A DNA stretch of 63,657 nucleotides, filler included, from Octopus bimaculoides (taxonomy: Eukaryota): NCBI RefSeq assembly GCF_001194135.2. It is 6 parts of 5 records of this genome, joined end to end, with 100 filler letters (N's around TTAATTAATTAA, not from the genome) between each part and the next. Parts side by side here need not be neighbours in the genome. Positions count along the whole stretch, not along the records: positions 1 to 16,491 come from NC_068984.1; 5 more parts are not named here. One strand, 5' to 3'. Of the stretch, positions 1 to 13,060 are shown in pieces. The translations under genes and the position numbers were made by a program. How positions within the stretch are numbered: the first letter of the stretch is position 1; each line of letters starts with the position of its first letter. The notes under the pieces were generated by a model. The model was not told where the DNA came from. It made no database searches and worked only from the letters and a program-made list of their open reading frames with translations.

Positions 1-350
1 CACCACAACCACCACCATCACCATCACCACCATCATTATCTCATTTACTACAGGTATCATCATCATCATCATCATCATCACCGTCGTTACTTTACCATGT
101 CACTACAACCAGTACCACCACCACCACCACCACCATAATAGTATGGGCTTCACCACTACCGTCACCCCGCACCATCACGACCATCACCTCTTTTACTACG
201 ACTACCACCGACATCACCATCGCCACAATTGTTAACCACCGTTCCTTTCACCACCACTACTACCACCGCCACCATTACTACCACCATCAGAACCTCAACA
301 ACCATTGCCACCACCACCATCACCACCACCATAATTAGCTCGACCACCCC
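1..350. repeat. Degenerate (CAC/CAT)n trinucleotide low-complexity tract
   Basis: Repeating CAC/CAT/TAC triplets; the Val/Met-rich ORF 162-347 is its translation. Confidence 0.9.
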
Positions 351-439
351 CGTTGTACCTCCAGGAGTGTTGGTGAGATTTGTGGGAATCTAAATATAAC
401 GATTTGTACCTCTAACCTTCCACTGACCTCGTCTCATCC

Positions 440-1122
440 TCTCTCTCTCTCTCTCTTCCTAACCCTAACCTCGCATCCGCCATTTGTCACTTCCAAAATC
501 CCTTCACTTCGACACATCCACCAACTCCTCCTCGGCCGCCTTTTCAATGAACGACCACCTATATACGATTGATGAACGAACGTGTAATGTATGAACAATC
601 GGAGTTATAAAACTTCTCCTTTGGAAAGAAGAAGCCCTTTTTTACAATGGAAGCCTCTGTCATCTCCTCTTTTACACATTCTCTTTTTCTCTGTCTGTCA
701 CTCAACTTTCTATCTGCCCCCCCTCTCCTTCTATCATTTTGTCACACACACACACGCACACACATCATACTCTCTCCCTTTCCAGCTCTCTCTCTCTCTC
801 TCCCTCTTCCTCTTGCTTTCACTTGATCCCTAATTATTTTGTGCTGCTATTTGTCTATGCATCCGCTCTATTTCTAAATCTCTCTCTCTCTCTCTCCTCT
901 ACACATTTTCTACTCTTTCTTTCTTGTGCCTTTAGTAGGGGTCTTTTACACACACACACACACACACACTCTCTCTCTCTGTCTCTCTCTTACTGAATCT
1001 CTCACCTTTCTTTTTCGGATCTTGCACTCTTTCCTTCTCTCTCATTCTATGTATGAATCTCTCTTACTCTCTTACTCTCTCGGGTCTCCTTCACTCTCTC
1101 CCTCATTCTCTTAATGATTCAC

Positions 1123-1159
<37 letters not shown>

Positions 1160-1700
1160 TTCTGTCTCTCTCAGTCTATCAACGAATCTTTATCGTCTCT
1201 TTCTTCTCGTTCTTTTCATAGACCTCTTTCAATCTCTCTCTCTCTCTCATTCTATTCATGAATCACAGTCGTACAGACTCTTGTTCTTTCAATGAATCTT
1301 CAACACACACACTCTCTCTCTCTCTTTCTCTCTCCATCTCTATTATCGAATCTCCATTTCACACTTCCTTTCAAGTTCCTTTCTACATTTCTTGTACTCT
1401 TTCTCTCACTCTATTAAATGATTCACTGTCCTTTTTTTAATGGATCTTCCGTACACTTTCTTTCCTTTACCTGGTTTTATTATAAGATGTATTACTCTTC
1501 CTTCCTTTCTTCACTCCACTCTCTCACTCCACTCTCTCACGTATTCTGTATGTCTTTCGATTTGATTAATGGCCTTCCTCTAACACTTCTCTCTCTACCT
1601 CTCACCCTATCACTCTGTTTCCCGCTTCTGTTTAATGAAATAGTTCGCCTCCTACATTTCCCTTTCACGCTTTATTTTCATGTCCTATTTATAGATTTCT
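440..1700. repeat. Compound (CT)n/(CA)n microsatellite region
   Basis: Alternating CT and CA runs; ORFs are LS/HT repeats. Confidence 0.85.
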
Positions 1701-2061
1701 CAATCATTTTTTTTGTTTTTACAATCATCCTTCTCGTTATATCAATGGATGATCTACCCCGTCTTCCTCCATCTCATTCTCGTTGATGTTTTATTGGCTT
1801 TCGTCTTAAGTCAGTCCTCTCCAAGCAGATTTATCATCAAAGACGTTGCAACCGCTACAATTCCACTTCTTTCCAACATTCAAATTATATCAACTTATGT
1901 GTCCTTCCTTTTTTTTTTAACACAGTATGATTCGACGGAGATTTAGCTACTTTTATAGCAAGTCGAGTAACTACAAAGAATTAGATGCTCCCTCTGTTGC
2001 CTCTCCACTTCATCTTTTCCCTGCGTTCGCTGATTCTGTTTGTGTGTTTGCGCTTAAGATA

Positions 2062-2151
2062 TACGAGGGATTGCTGAACAGTTCCTGGCTTTGGTAAAAG
2101 AAAATATAGGAGGATGAATTAATCATGATTTTATCCAACATACTCTCCTCT
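2062..2151 (+). mobile_element. Probable mariner-type element terminus running into a gap
   Basis: Starts TA-CGAGGG, resembling the TIR start at 31733; rest lost in Ns. Confidence 0.35.
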
Positions 2152-4439
2152 NNNNNNNNNNNNNNNNNNNNNNNNNNNNNNNNNNNNNNNNNNNNNNNNN
2201 NNNNNNNNNNNNNNNNNNNNNNNNNNNNNNNNNNNNNNNNNNNNNNNNNNNNNNNNNNNNNNNNNNNNNNNNNNNNNNNNNNNNNNNNNNNNNNNNNNNN
2301 NNNNNNNNNNNNNNNNNNNNNNNNNNNNNNNNNNNNNNNNNNNNNNNNNNNNNNNNNNNNNNNNNNNNNNNNNNNNNNNNNNNNNNNNNNNNNNNNNNNN
2401 NNNNNNNNNNNNNNNNNNNNNNNNNNNNNNNNNNNNNNNNNNNNNNNNNNNNNNNNNNNNNNNNNNNNNNNNNNNNNNNNNNNNNNNNNNNNNNNNNNNN
2501 NNNNNNNNNNNNNNNNNNNNNNNNNNNNNNNNNNNNNNNNNNNNNNNNNNNNNNNNNNNNNNNNNNNNNNNNNNNNNNNNNNNNNNNNNNNNNNNNNNNN
2601 NNNNNNNNNNNNNNNNNNNNNNNNNNNNNNNNNNNNNNNNNNNNNNNNNNNNNNNNNNNNNNNNNNNNNNNNNNNNNNNNNNNNNNNNNNNNNNNNNNNN
2701 NNNNNNNNNNNNNNNNNNNNNNNNNNNNNNNNNNNNNNNNNNNNNNNNNNNNNNNNNNNNNNNNNNNNNNNNNNNNNNNNNNNNNNNNNNNNNNNNNNNN
2801 NNNNNNNNNNNNNNNNNNNNNNNNNNNNNNNNNNNNNNNNNNNNNNNNNNNNNNNNNNNNNNNNNNNNNNNNNNNNNNNNNNNNNNNNNNNNNNNNNNNN
2901 NNNNNNNNNNNNNNNNNNNNNNNNTCTGCCAGCTCGCCGCTTTAGAAACTTAGAATATTATGTTTAATTGCTGTTAATTTTATTAATAATTAGATAAAAT
3001 GTGACTTTTTTTTCTGCAAATTCTTTTTTTTATCCAAGTTGTCTTTTTCCGAGTCAAAAATTTTGACTTTTTTTTTTCGGTCGTAGGTAGGTAGGCAAAT
3101 AGGTAGGTGGGTAGGTAGGTAGGTAGGTAGGTAGGTAGGTAGGTAAGTGGGTAAGTAGGTTGGTAAGCGGTCAGGCAGGCATGTACGTATGTATCTGTTA
3201 TACGTATGTGTTTGTATGTAATGTATGTATGTGTGCGTCATATGTGTGTGGGTATATGTGTGTAAATGTGAATGGACATGTGTAGGTGTGTATTTCTGTT
3301 TGCTGTTTTGTGTCGTCTGTCCTCAGAATACGCGTGCGTAAGTATATGTGTACACACACCCACATTTAGTTACGCATGTTATAGACATACCAACACTCCC
3401 ACATGTACAAACACACAAACTCACACACACACACACACATGTACATATAGTTACACGCACACACACGCATACACATATAAATCCATACGTATTTAAAAGT
3501 GCACACAAACACTCTCCACTCACATGACAAACTCACACGCACCAGAAACACCAACACACTTTTCCAGCAACAAAGCCGGCTTTAGAAAGCAGGTTTAGTT
3601 AAGAGTGAAGGAATATAATATGATAAACAACAGCAATAATAACAACAACAACAACAGATTTCAAATGAAATGAATGAATGGCTGAACGAATGAATGGACA
3701 CTACAGCAGCTACAACAACAACTCCTATTACTGCCAATACAAAAACATAGCAACAACAACTGAAGCACAGGCAATAACAGCAGTGATATCAAGAACGGAT
3801 TCCAGGAGAGATTATGAATGAACGGACACCAGAGTTGACGTGGGATGTAATTGTTTTAACAACACACTTTTATGGTTTACTTGGGAAAATAAATGTTCGA
3901 AACCCATCCGACACCTGAAAAAGCGAAATAGGGTACAGTACAGTTTTTTTTTTTTTTCTCTCTGCAGGAACTGGTACTGATAAAGCAAATACTGGACTTC
4001 AAAAAATAAATACTGGGGACGAATTGTTCGACTAAATATTTCAAGGCGGTCCCTCAGTTTGGCTGTAGTTCAATGACGGAAACAAGTAAAAGATAAAAAT
4101 AAAGACCTATTGTCTGCGAGTGTTTAGTTACGTCCCTTTATGTGCTCTACAATCTGAAGTCGGCTTTTGTCTTTTCTTCTGGATTTCATCAAAGAAGTTC
4201 TCAAGTACAGAGATCGATATAATCGACTCTTTTACCCAGATTTGAGGCCTTGTGCGCGATAAACCAAGACACCGGTCACACACCTTGTCAATGTAATCGA
4301 CTAACCCACTCCCTCAGCTTCTAGACATTGTGGCTCTACTAGACATAAACGCCACTGGGGTCATGAACGTTACCTTCCATCCTTATGGGTTGTAGAATAA
4401 AAGTACTAATCAAATATAGGGATTTCCACCGACAGCATT

Positions 4440-5960
4440 GCCCGACTGGCAGAAGGTTGTGAGCACCCTAAAATCTACGCTTGATTCACGACTGCCAACG
4501 ATCCAAAACTAGGACTATCCGAACTAAGCGATTTACACATCTCGCAGCCAACCATCGGTTCCTGTATTTCTGCGGTTATTATGGTCTTTTCGCAACACCC
4601 GGTTTTTCCCCCCGGAGAATCGCGGCAGGCTGTCGAGATAGGAATTGAAATTCACTCTGCATTCTGACCCACCATTTGTTTCGAACAGTCGAGCAAAGTG
4701 CAGCTGAAAAGCCATACAAATCTATTTGAGAGCGAGTAACATGAATCGAAAATGGTCCGCCAGAGACCGAATTGAGTCTGTGTTACCACCTTGCGTCTCT
4801 GCCACTCGGGCACATCAAACGGTTTTCATTCCTTCGTGTTTTAGAATACGCACCTAAGCTCTGATAACGCAGTTTTTGTGCTTCGCGTTGAAGAATTTGT
4901 CTCGCCGCGAACACCTCACTTGCCTTTTCTAAGTTTCGGACTAAGTTTCTTTCCAATCTACTTTTCCCTATCGCTATCACCCTACTAAACCTTATCAATT
5001 TTATTATGATTGACTTTTCAGGGCGAACCTCCAGTTATTGTTAACGACTGCGCCTGTCAACTCCCACTATCTGATTCGTTAATATGGTTTCTATAATCAC
5101 GGCGTTCAGTAACTAGTCATCGGATCCCTGCGCACAAATTTATGTTCTGCATAGATGGTGATGTTAGATTTGGATAACCTATGCTATTCTTACCTACTGG
5201 CCCACAGAATACTCTAGATACAATTTGGATTGCTCAATGTGCTTTGTTCACGTCTACATTGGTATATTCGGGAAATTCAGTCGGTACTTGTCAGGCAGTT
5301 GGAAACGTCTTAGCAAGTTCGTAAGGCTTTTGCGCTTCCTCTCCTATCAGCTAACACCATACAATCCAAACGTGCATCTAAGAGCGTTCCACTTGGCCCC
5401 TGAAGCTAATGAGACGGATGATCCAAAGAAATCCTCTGGACGCCGAAGAAATCCTCCGGACTAGTATATATCTACAAGCCTGTTGGGCTTGTAGATAGAT
5501 ATTAATCTGCAGATATTCCCTTCACTGCAGTTCATGTCCAGGCTCACCAACTTACCTTCTGATCCATGGAGATAACCCATATCATGAGATCCAGATCCTG
5601 CCGAAACAACAATATTATTCCTGCTCCCAACCCCGGTTGAGTTGAAGCTGTGTGCACCTAGTGTCCGCCAAAGATGGGTATGAAGACTCGTGGCTTTGAA
5701 TCTCTGGTCTCGCCGTTAGCCTCCACATCTATATCTAGTGACCTGAAGTCACTAGATATGTATATAAGGTCGTTGAGCATGTGGCCTTGCTTCCAAGGCC
5801 ATCTGCATCTATACTGCATATTCTAAAGCCATTAGCTGGAAAAAGGAACGTGAAAAAGGCCATTCTATTCCAGTTGAGCGATAGATATTCCTTCATTCCG
5901 GATGGTTGTGAGTGTTTCCACAAGAAGTTCTTTATAGACTCGTTTCAAATTTTGGCACAA
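4440..5960 (-). pseudogene. Possible highly decayed R4-like non-LTR retrotransposon 5' portion
   Basis: Minus-strand REAQKLRYQSLGAYSKTRRNENRL resembles the pre-RT region of R4/Dong proteins (cf. 28131-28499); many stops and frameshifts. Confidence 0.25.
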
Positions 5961-6725
5961 GGCCAGCAGTTTTAGGGAAATCTGTTTGTCTATACCATCG
6001 ACCACAGCATTTGTCTAGTTCTTTATTTTATCGATCGTGGAAGGTTGAAAGGTGAAGTCGACTTCAGCGGGACTTGAACTCAGAATGTAGAGAGCCGGAA
6101 GAAATACCAGAAAAAGTGTTTTGTCTGTCGCTCTAGAGGTTCTGCCAATCCATGCTTCAATTGGTTAATTCGTTCATGCAACAATATTTTATGAGAGGAG
6201 ATTATATGACGTACGAAGGTGAATACATATAAAACCGAGAATGGAGTAAAAGTGTTATAACATTAAAATATTCAGAATAGACAATTAATTACACATGAAT
6301 TGCACAAAATAATAGATAAGTATATATACATATAAAAATATAAAAGAACTTAAATACAAATAAAAGCAACCACTCCTACATGTATGAAAGATCGCCTCCT
6401 CGGTTGATACAAAAGCACCTAACGACCTCACCGTTTTTATATCTTTTTTTGTTCTTGCTGTCGAAAACTGTAACTTTCGAAAGTGCTCGTGCGCATTCTC
6501 TGCGTGGGATTAGGTTCGAATCCTGCCATATTCTAAGGGTAGTTCTTACGAATTTTTTGATAAGCTTTTTAGTCTGGTTTTCACCAGCGCTAAGCAGGGA
6601 TGTGTATAAATACAAACGTGCTACCAGTTCAAATACGCTTGAGACATATTCGAACCCGCAAGAAAGCCATTCACTGTATTTTGTCATTTATGTAAATCTG
6701 GCACCGTGGAGGCGCAATGGCCCAG

Positions 6726-7094
6726 CTTACGACGTCGAGGGTTCCAGTCGATCCGATCAACGGAACAGCCTGCTCGTGAAATTAACGTGCAAGTGGCTGA
6801 GCACTCCACACACACACGTGTACCCTTAACGTAGTTCTCGGGGATATTCAGCGTGACACAGTGTGACAAGGCTGACCCTTTGAATTACAGGCACAACAGA
6901 AACAGGAAGTAAGAGTGAGAGAAAGTTGTGGTGAAAGAGTACAGCAGGGTTCGCCACCATCCCCTGCCGGAACCTCGTGGAGCTTTTAGGTGTTTTCGCT
7001 CAATAAACACTCACAACGCCCGGTCTGGGAATCGAAACCGCGATCCTATGACCGCGAGTCCGCTGCCCTAACCACTGGGCCATTGCGCCTCCAC
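6726..7094 (-). mobile_element. tRNA-derived SINE, family A, near full length
   Basis: Minus head GGAGGCGCAATGGCCCAGTGGTTAGG (A box) ... GGTTTCGATTCCC (B box); body closely matches 11613-11980 and 31931-32209. Confidence 0.9.
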
Positions 7095-7189
7095 GGAGTG
7101 GTGGTACAACTGGGACGAAAATATTTCTTATTTTTAGCTACCCTTTGATCTGTGACCAGCGGAGCTCTGAAAGCAGCTGTTACTCTTAT

Positions 7190-7320
7190 TACTGGTTCTG
7201 CCATTGCTCATTACTCTCTCTTCTTCTCAGCTTTCCAACTCCTCTTATGTCGACTCGAAAATGTTTGACATATCTCCACAAGTCAGCAATGTCCGCGTAC
7301 TGAACGAGTGCTGAGTGATT
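7190..7320 (-). pseudogene. RTE-like LINE AP-endonuclease N-terminal fragment
   Basis: Frameshifted TRTLLTCG..KHFRVDIRGVGKLRRRES resembles the NVRTL..G...DILGVSE.RW start of RTE endonucleases. Confidence 0.45.
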
Positions 7321-8532
7321 TCGTCGCTCTATGTGCATCTCAGACAGGTCAAGCTGAAGGCACTTCTGCACCTCCAGATTTTATCTCGAACCAGCATTGC
7401 CTCAGTACCACCAGAAAGCCCTCAAAGTTTCTTACTGTTACACGTATAACAAGTGGGCTCTTAATACTGCAACACCAATCTAAGCTGCATTTATTCCTAT
7501 TCCTACAAATGTGTTAAGTCCCAGAATAACTTTGAGGTCTTCGGGTGTCAAAAGGACTGGCATGCCTATACTGAACCCGCTCTGATTACATGTTATTTCA
7601 TGGCACTTCTGCTGGGTCTCTGGTCATAACCCTTGTATTTAAATCCCCGATGGGCAAGTGTATTTTGCAGCATCTCTGCTTGCAACCTCACTTTACCTCG
7701 TCCTTGCTTCTCAAAAATTAGCCACAAATTTTCATACATCCCACCTAGCTGATGGAATTCCGCAAATTGTACTACACATCGGCCAGGATTTTTTCTCTCT
7801 TTGTGAACATAGGAAAATTGTCACCATCTCAAAAAAAAAAAAAAAAAAGATCGAAGTAAATAAACGCACCGAGGCAAGTCACTTTCTTGCTTGCCCTTTC
7901 CTAGTTTAAAATGGTCAGGAGAAAGAATTTGTCTTGACAACCTGGTCCTGCATTTTCTTTTCAGGAGTTGAACTTATACCGAATGATCCTCTCTATTTCG
8001 TAACGTTAGCAAATCTGCCATTTCCCTTTCGGAAATTTATATTTTCACTGCTGAAATATAGCGATGTATGATAGTTTGTGTTAACGACAAATGCATCTAT
8101 TTGTGAAAATATCATTCTTTCCTCAGCATTTTCCATTTGTTAATGTTTCTGTCCATAATTCTAAGTACATGTTTAGTTGTCATAGTAATTTTTAAAATTC
8201 GCGCTTTTGCTTTCGAATTATTTTTTTGTTTTTTGTTTTTGTTTTAGTATTTTTACGAGCATAATAAAGGTTACTACGCTTCTGACTAGTACCTTTCACC
8301 GCTGAAGTAAAAGACGAAAAAGAATCTTCAATAATAAGTAAACACGTGCTTACACAAACACGTGTGTACATATTAGTAAACACGTGTTTGTGCTAATATA
8401 AAATATAAATGGCCAAGGACAAATATTTTCCTGCTCCTAGCTAAGAATACAGTCATCAAATATTCTAAAGACTCCATTTTGATAATAAATCGCCATTTTG
8501 ATAATAAATTTTCTAGCAATGATAATAATAAT

Positions 8533-8966
8533 CGTTTCTGCTATAAGTACAAAGCCTGAAATTTGGTGGGGAGGGAGCTTATAGCTTACATCGATCCCAG
8601 TTTTTGATTGGTATTTATTTCATCAACTGCGAAAGGACGAAAGGTTAAGTCGACCTCGGCAGAATTTGAACTTAGAATCTAAAGGCTAAAGAAGTGCCGC
8701 TAAGCATTGCGTCCTGGATACTAACGATTCTGCAAATTCGCCACCTTTTCCATACTGGTTTCAAGTTTTGGAACAAGGCCATAAGTTCGGGAGAGGGGTA
8801 AGTCGATTCCATTGACCCCAGTGTTCAACTGGTACGTACGTATTTTATCAAGACCGAAAAGGTGAGAGGCAAAGTCGATCTCGGCGAAATTTGAACTAAG
8901 AACGTAAGGATGGACAAAATACCGCTAAGCATTTCGGCCGGCGAGCCGAAATGCCAGTTCGCCGCC

Positions 8967-9034
<68 letters not shown>

Positions 9035-9455
9035 CCTTTCTAAGGTGGCGAGCTGGCAGAAGTGTTAGCGGTATTTCGTCTGTCTTTATGTTCTGAGTTC
9101 AAATTCCGCAGAGGTCAACTTTGCCTTTCATCCTTTCGTACTGAGATCGATCTAATTGACTGGCCCTTCTCCCAAAATTTCGGGCCTTGTGCCTAGAGTA
9201 GAAAAGAATAATAATCCTTTCTACTGAAGGCACAAGGCCTGAAATTTAGGGGAGGGGAATAGTCGATTACATCGACCCAGTGTTTCACTGGTATTTAATT
9301 TATCGACCCCGAAAGGAAGAAAGGCAAAGTCGGCAAAAAGACCGATAGAATAAATACTAGGCTTACAAAGAATAAGCCCTGGGGTCGATTTGCTCGACTA
9401 AAGGCGATGGTCCAGCATGGCCGCAGTCAAATGACTGAAACAAGTAAATAAGTAA
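8533..9455. mobile_element. Cluster of about five SINE copies in both orientations around a (TAA)n tract
   Basis: Repeated family B core GTCGACTTTGCCTTTCATCCTTTCG and its complement at ~8533-8750(-), 8752-8968(-), 9040-9210(+), 9215-9330(-); family C 3' end at ~9335-9455. Confidence 0.8.
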
Positions 9456-9803
9456 AATACATATATGTGTGAGTGTGTGTGTGTGTGTGNNNNNNNNNNN
9501 NNNNNNNNNNNNNNNNNNNNNNNNNNNNNNNNNNNNNNNNNNNNNNNNNNNNNNNNNNNNNNNNNNNNNNNNNNNNNNNNNNNNNNNNNNNNNNNNNNNN
9601 NNNNNNNNNNNNNNNNNNNNNNNNNNNNNNNNNNNNNNNNNNNNNNNNNNNNNNNNNNNNNNNNNNNNNNNNNNNNNNNNNNNNNNNNNNNNNNNNNNNN
9701 NNNNNNNNNNNNNNNNNNNNNNNNNNNNNNNNNNNNNNNNNNNNNNNNNNNNNNNNNNNNNNNNNNNNNNNNNNNNNNNNNNNNNNNNNNNNNNNNNNNN
9801 NNN

Positions 9804-9864
<61 letters not shown>

Positions 9865-10644
9865 TGTTTAATTCAATTATTATACACACAACGCGCCCGC
9901 ACAGATACTTGCTCACAGATACACACACACACACATACACACACACAAGTATGATTTATTCTAACTTCGTCTCTCACACCACTTACCATTTCATTTTTTC
10001 GCGCTTACAGTTACATAAAGTCACATATTTCCACACACACATATTCATTGGCAAAGACTGTATATAAGAGTGTATGCATGAAAGCATGTGTGTACGTATG
10101 TATGTGTGTGTATGTATGTATGTTTGTATGTACGTGTGTATGTATGTATAAAGAGGAAGGAGGTGAGATAAACATGAATTCATCATATAGCAGGATCAAT
10201 ACGCTTTCATTCACTACGTTCAGTACAGGAGTGGCGGGAAAATATTTTCCCATCACGTGAACTCTCCGAAAGTGACGTCAAAGCATGCAAACGAGTGAAT
10301 GTAGTGCAGCTGTTGTCATGGATGTTGCTGCTGCTGCTGCCACAGCTGTCGTTGTTTGTAGCTGTTTTCGCTGTTATTTTCGTAGAGTGATGGATTGCTT
10401 GCATTGAGTTAACTTCTTTTTACCTTCTCGTTTTTTAATCCCACCGAAGTTCACTTCATCGTTTAATCTCTCCGGAATCGATTAAATTAAAAGAAGTCCG
10501 AAACCCAGACTTTAAGATCTGAAACGGAAATTTTTCAAAACAAATAACAAACCGTCCGATTAATTTTAGGTTACTTTATGTCGCTGCATTCTACTCAATG
10601 ATATTCAATAAAACTTAATACAATTTGTGAGACATATCACTGGT

Positions 10645-11125
10645 TAGGGGTTCGATTAAGACTAGGATAGGGAAATGATTTAAGTTTAAGAATTAAGGTC
10701 AAAGGTTAGGGTCAAAGCTTAAAGTTAAGGTTTAGGATTTAGAGTTAGAATTTAAAGTTATGGTTTAAGGGACTAGAGATTGGGGTTTGAGATTTAGGGT
10801 TAGGGTTTAGCGGTAATGGTTTAGGAGTTAGGATTTAGGACTGGGTTTAGAGTTAAGGCTGTGTTTAGGATTTGGGGTCAGTTTTAGGGTTAGAATTATA
10901 GGATCAGGATTTAGGGCCTGGTTTTGATTTCAGGGTTAGGGTTGGGATTTAAGTCTTGAATTAAAGATTAGGGTTTAGGGTTAGAAATAGTTTTTAAGAT
11001 TCAGTACTTAGGGCTAGAGTTTCAGAGTACGACAGAGTTAAACTTTAGGGTTTGAATTTAGGGTTAGGGTTCAGGGTGGAAAAATGATTTAAGGTTTAGT
11101 ATTTAGGGGACAATAGTTAGGGTCA
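10645..11125 (+). repeat. Degenerate telomere-like (TTAGGG/TTTAGGG) interstitial array
   Basis: Many TTAGGG, TTTAGG, TTAAGG variants with strict G-strand bias. Confidence 0.75.
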
Positions 11126-11612
11126 CGGCTAGAAAACTGTAGTTGTGTTGAAATTTTTTTTGCACATGCAGATGACTCATATTTATAGCGTATGCGCAAA
11201 ATCAAAATGAATCAGACTATCTACTTTTGTTTCGGAAAAAGAAAAAGAACAAAAAAGGAGAAAAGAAACTGCTTTTGACTATATAAACTTCGAGTTACCC
11301 AAATAAGATAAAATTACTGAGGTTCATCTCATTGACTATACCTCTTTCCCTAAAGATGTGTAACCTTATGGCCACAGTAAACATTTTTGCTGTTATTCTG
11401 GTTGTTGTCTTTGTTGTTGTTGCCTTTTGTAGTAGTTCTTTTTTATTGCTGCAATGGACGATACTGTATCTACAACGTTGCTGTTTAACCCCTGATCAGT
11501 TCCCGTTTGATATAGACCTATGACCAAAGCCATCACCATCACGTACGAGGGTGTTCTCTTACAGGGCTTAGAAAAACTGAAGGACCGCTGCAATAAGAGG
11601 GGAATATGTTGG

Positions 11613-11980
11613 TTGGCACTCCGTCGCTTACGACGACGAGGGTTCCAGTTGATCAGATCAACGGAACAGCCTGCTCGTGAAATTAACGTGCAACTGGCTG
11701 AGCACTCCACAGACACGTGTACCCCTAACGTAGTTCTCAGGGAGATTCAGTATGACAAGGCTGGCCCTTTGAAATACAGGTACAACAGAAACAGGAAGAA
11801 AGAGTGAGAGAAAGTTGTGGTGAAAGAGTACAGCAGGGTTCGCTTCCATCCCCTGCCGAGCCTCGTGGAGCTTTTGGTGTTTTCGCTCAATAAACACTCA
11901 CAACGCCCGGTCCGGAATCGAAACCGCAATTCTACGACCGCGAGTCCGCTACCCTAACCACTGGGCCATTGCGCCTCCAC
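11613..11980 (-). mobile_element. tRNA-derived SINE, family A, full length
   Basis: Same head and body as 6726-7094; 3' end CGTAAGCGACGGAGTGCCAAC. Confidence 0.9.
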
Positions 11981-12309
11981 AAAATGTGTTAAATAAAATC
12001 ATAATTAACTGATCCTCCTGTATTTTCTTTTATCCAAAGCCAGGAACTTTTCAGCACCTCCTCGTACCTTTTTGTATATTCATGGTTACGATGTGGTTCA
12101 GTGTCCATTTTTTAACGGAAAGTAGACCTTACTTTGCAATCACGCAGTTTCAGGTTTAGTTCGACTGCATGACATTTTGGGCAAGCGTCTTCTAGTATAG
12201 ACCCAGAAGAAGTGATACCCTGCCGGCCAGCGTATGTTTGCCGTTGGCACTAAGGCCTGGCTAACCTGCTTGGGATCTGGTGCAGACACCAGATCTTTCT
12301 TTCTTTCAC

Positions 12310-12346
<37 letters not shown>

Positions 12347-12689
12347 GAAGAATTGGATCCATATACTATGACAATGGCGGTTGCTACTTTAAACCGCATG
12401 TTTTGGAGTATGTTTTTGAAGGTGTTAGCTGTTAGGTCGGAGTAGTTATGCAGGTTTGGGGAATTATGTATGTCTTCTTATATGAAGTTGGGAATATGTT
12501 TTATGGACATCTTGGAAGATCATGTAGATCTTTTATTTTTACTTTATTTGTTTCATGATCTGCTCAACGTTAATGTTTGCCCAGCTACATTTGATTCAAT
12601 TTGGTACCTAATGACCCTACCCTACATTTTCTGTCAATGACCCCCTCTGCCAAGGACCCAGTCAGTTGTACGAAGCAGAACCCATCTGT

Positions 12690-13060
12690 CTAAGCAAACC
12701 TGCACTGAAAGGTCTAGTAAAAATAAATTGGCCCCGGTACTTGTTTTTAGATCTGGTACTAATTCTATCGGTTTCTTTTGTCGGACCACTAAGTTACGGG
12801 GATGCAAACAAACCAAAACCGGTTATCAAGCGGTGGTATGTGATAAATTACAAACCCGAAGGCATACACACAAGCATGCACATGCATATACACACACATA
12901 CCACAAACGATAGACTTCTATACAGTTTCCGTTAGCGAAGTTCACTCGAAAGTCATTGGTCAACCTGGGGCTATAGAAGGAGATACCGCACAGTGGGATT
13001 GAACTCGAAACCAAGTGGTAGCAAAGCGAGCTGTGAACCACACTGTCATACCTGCGCATA
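12690..13060 (-). mobile_element. Diverged SINE, family C
   Basis: Reverse-complement similarity to the 43123-43510 and 44985-45430 copies, including the internal CA tract. Confidence 0.65.

Noticed and set aside
10645-11125. True telomere
   Set aside because: Degenerate and internal, with ordinary sequence on both sides.
12274-12295. 9-bp hairpin GATCTGGTG/CACCAGATC
   Set aside because: Isolated; no supporting context or second copy.
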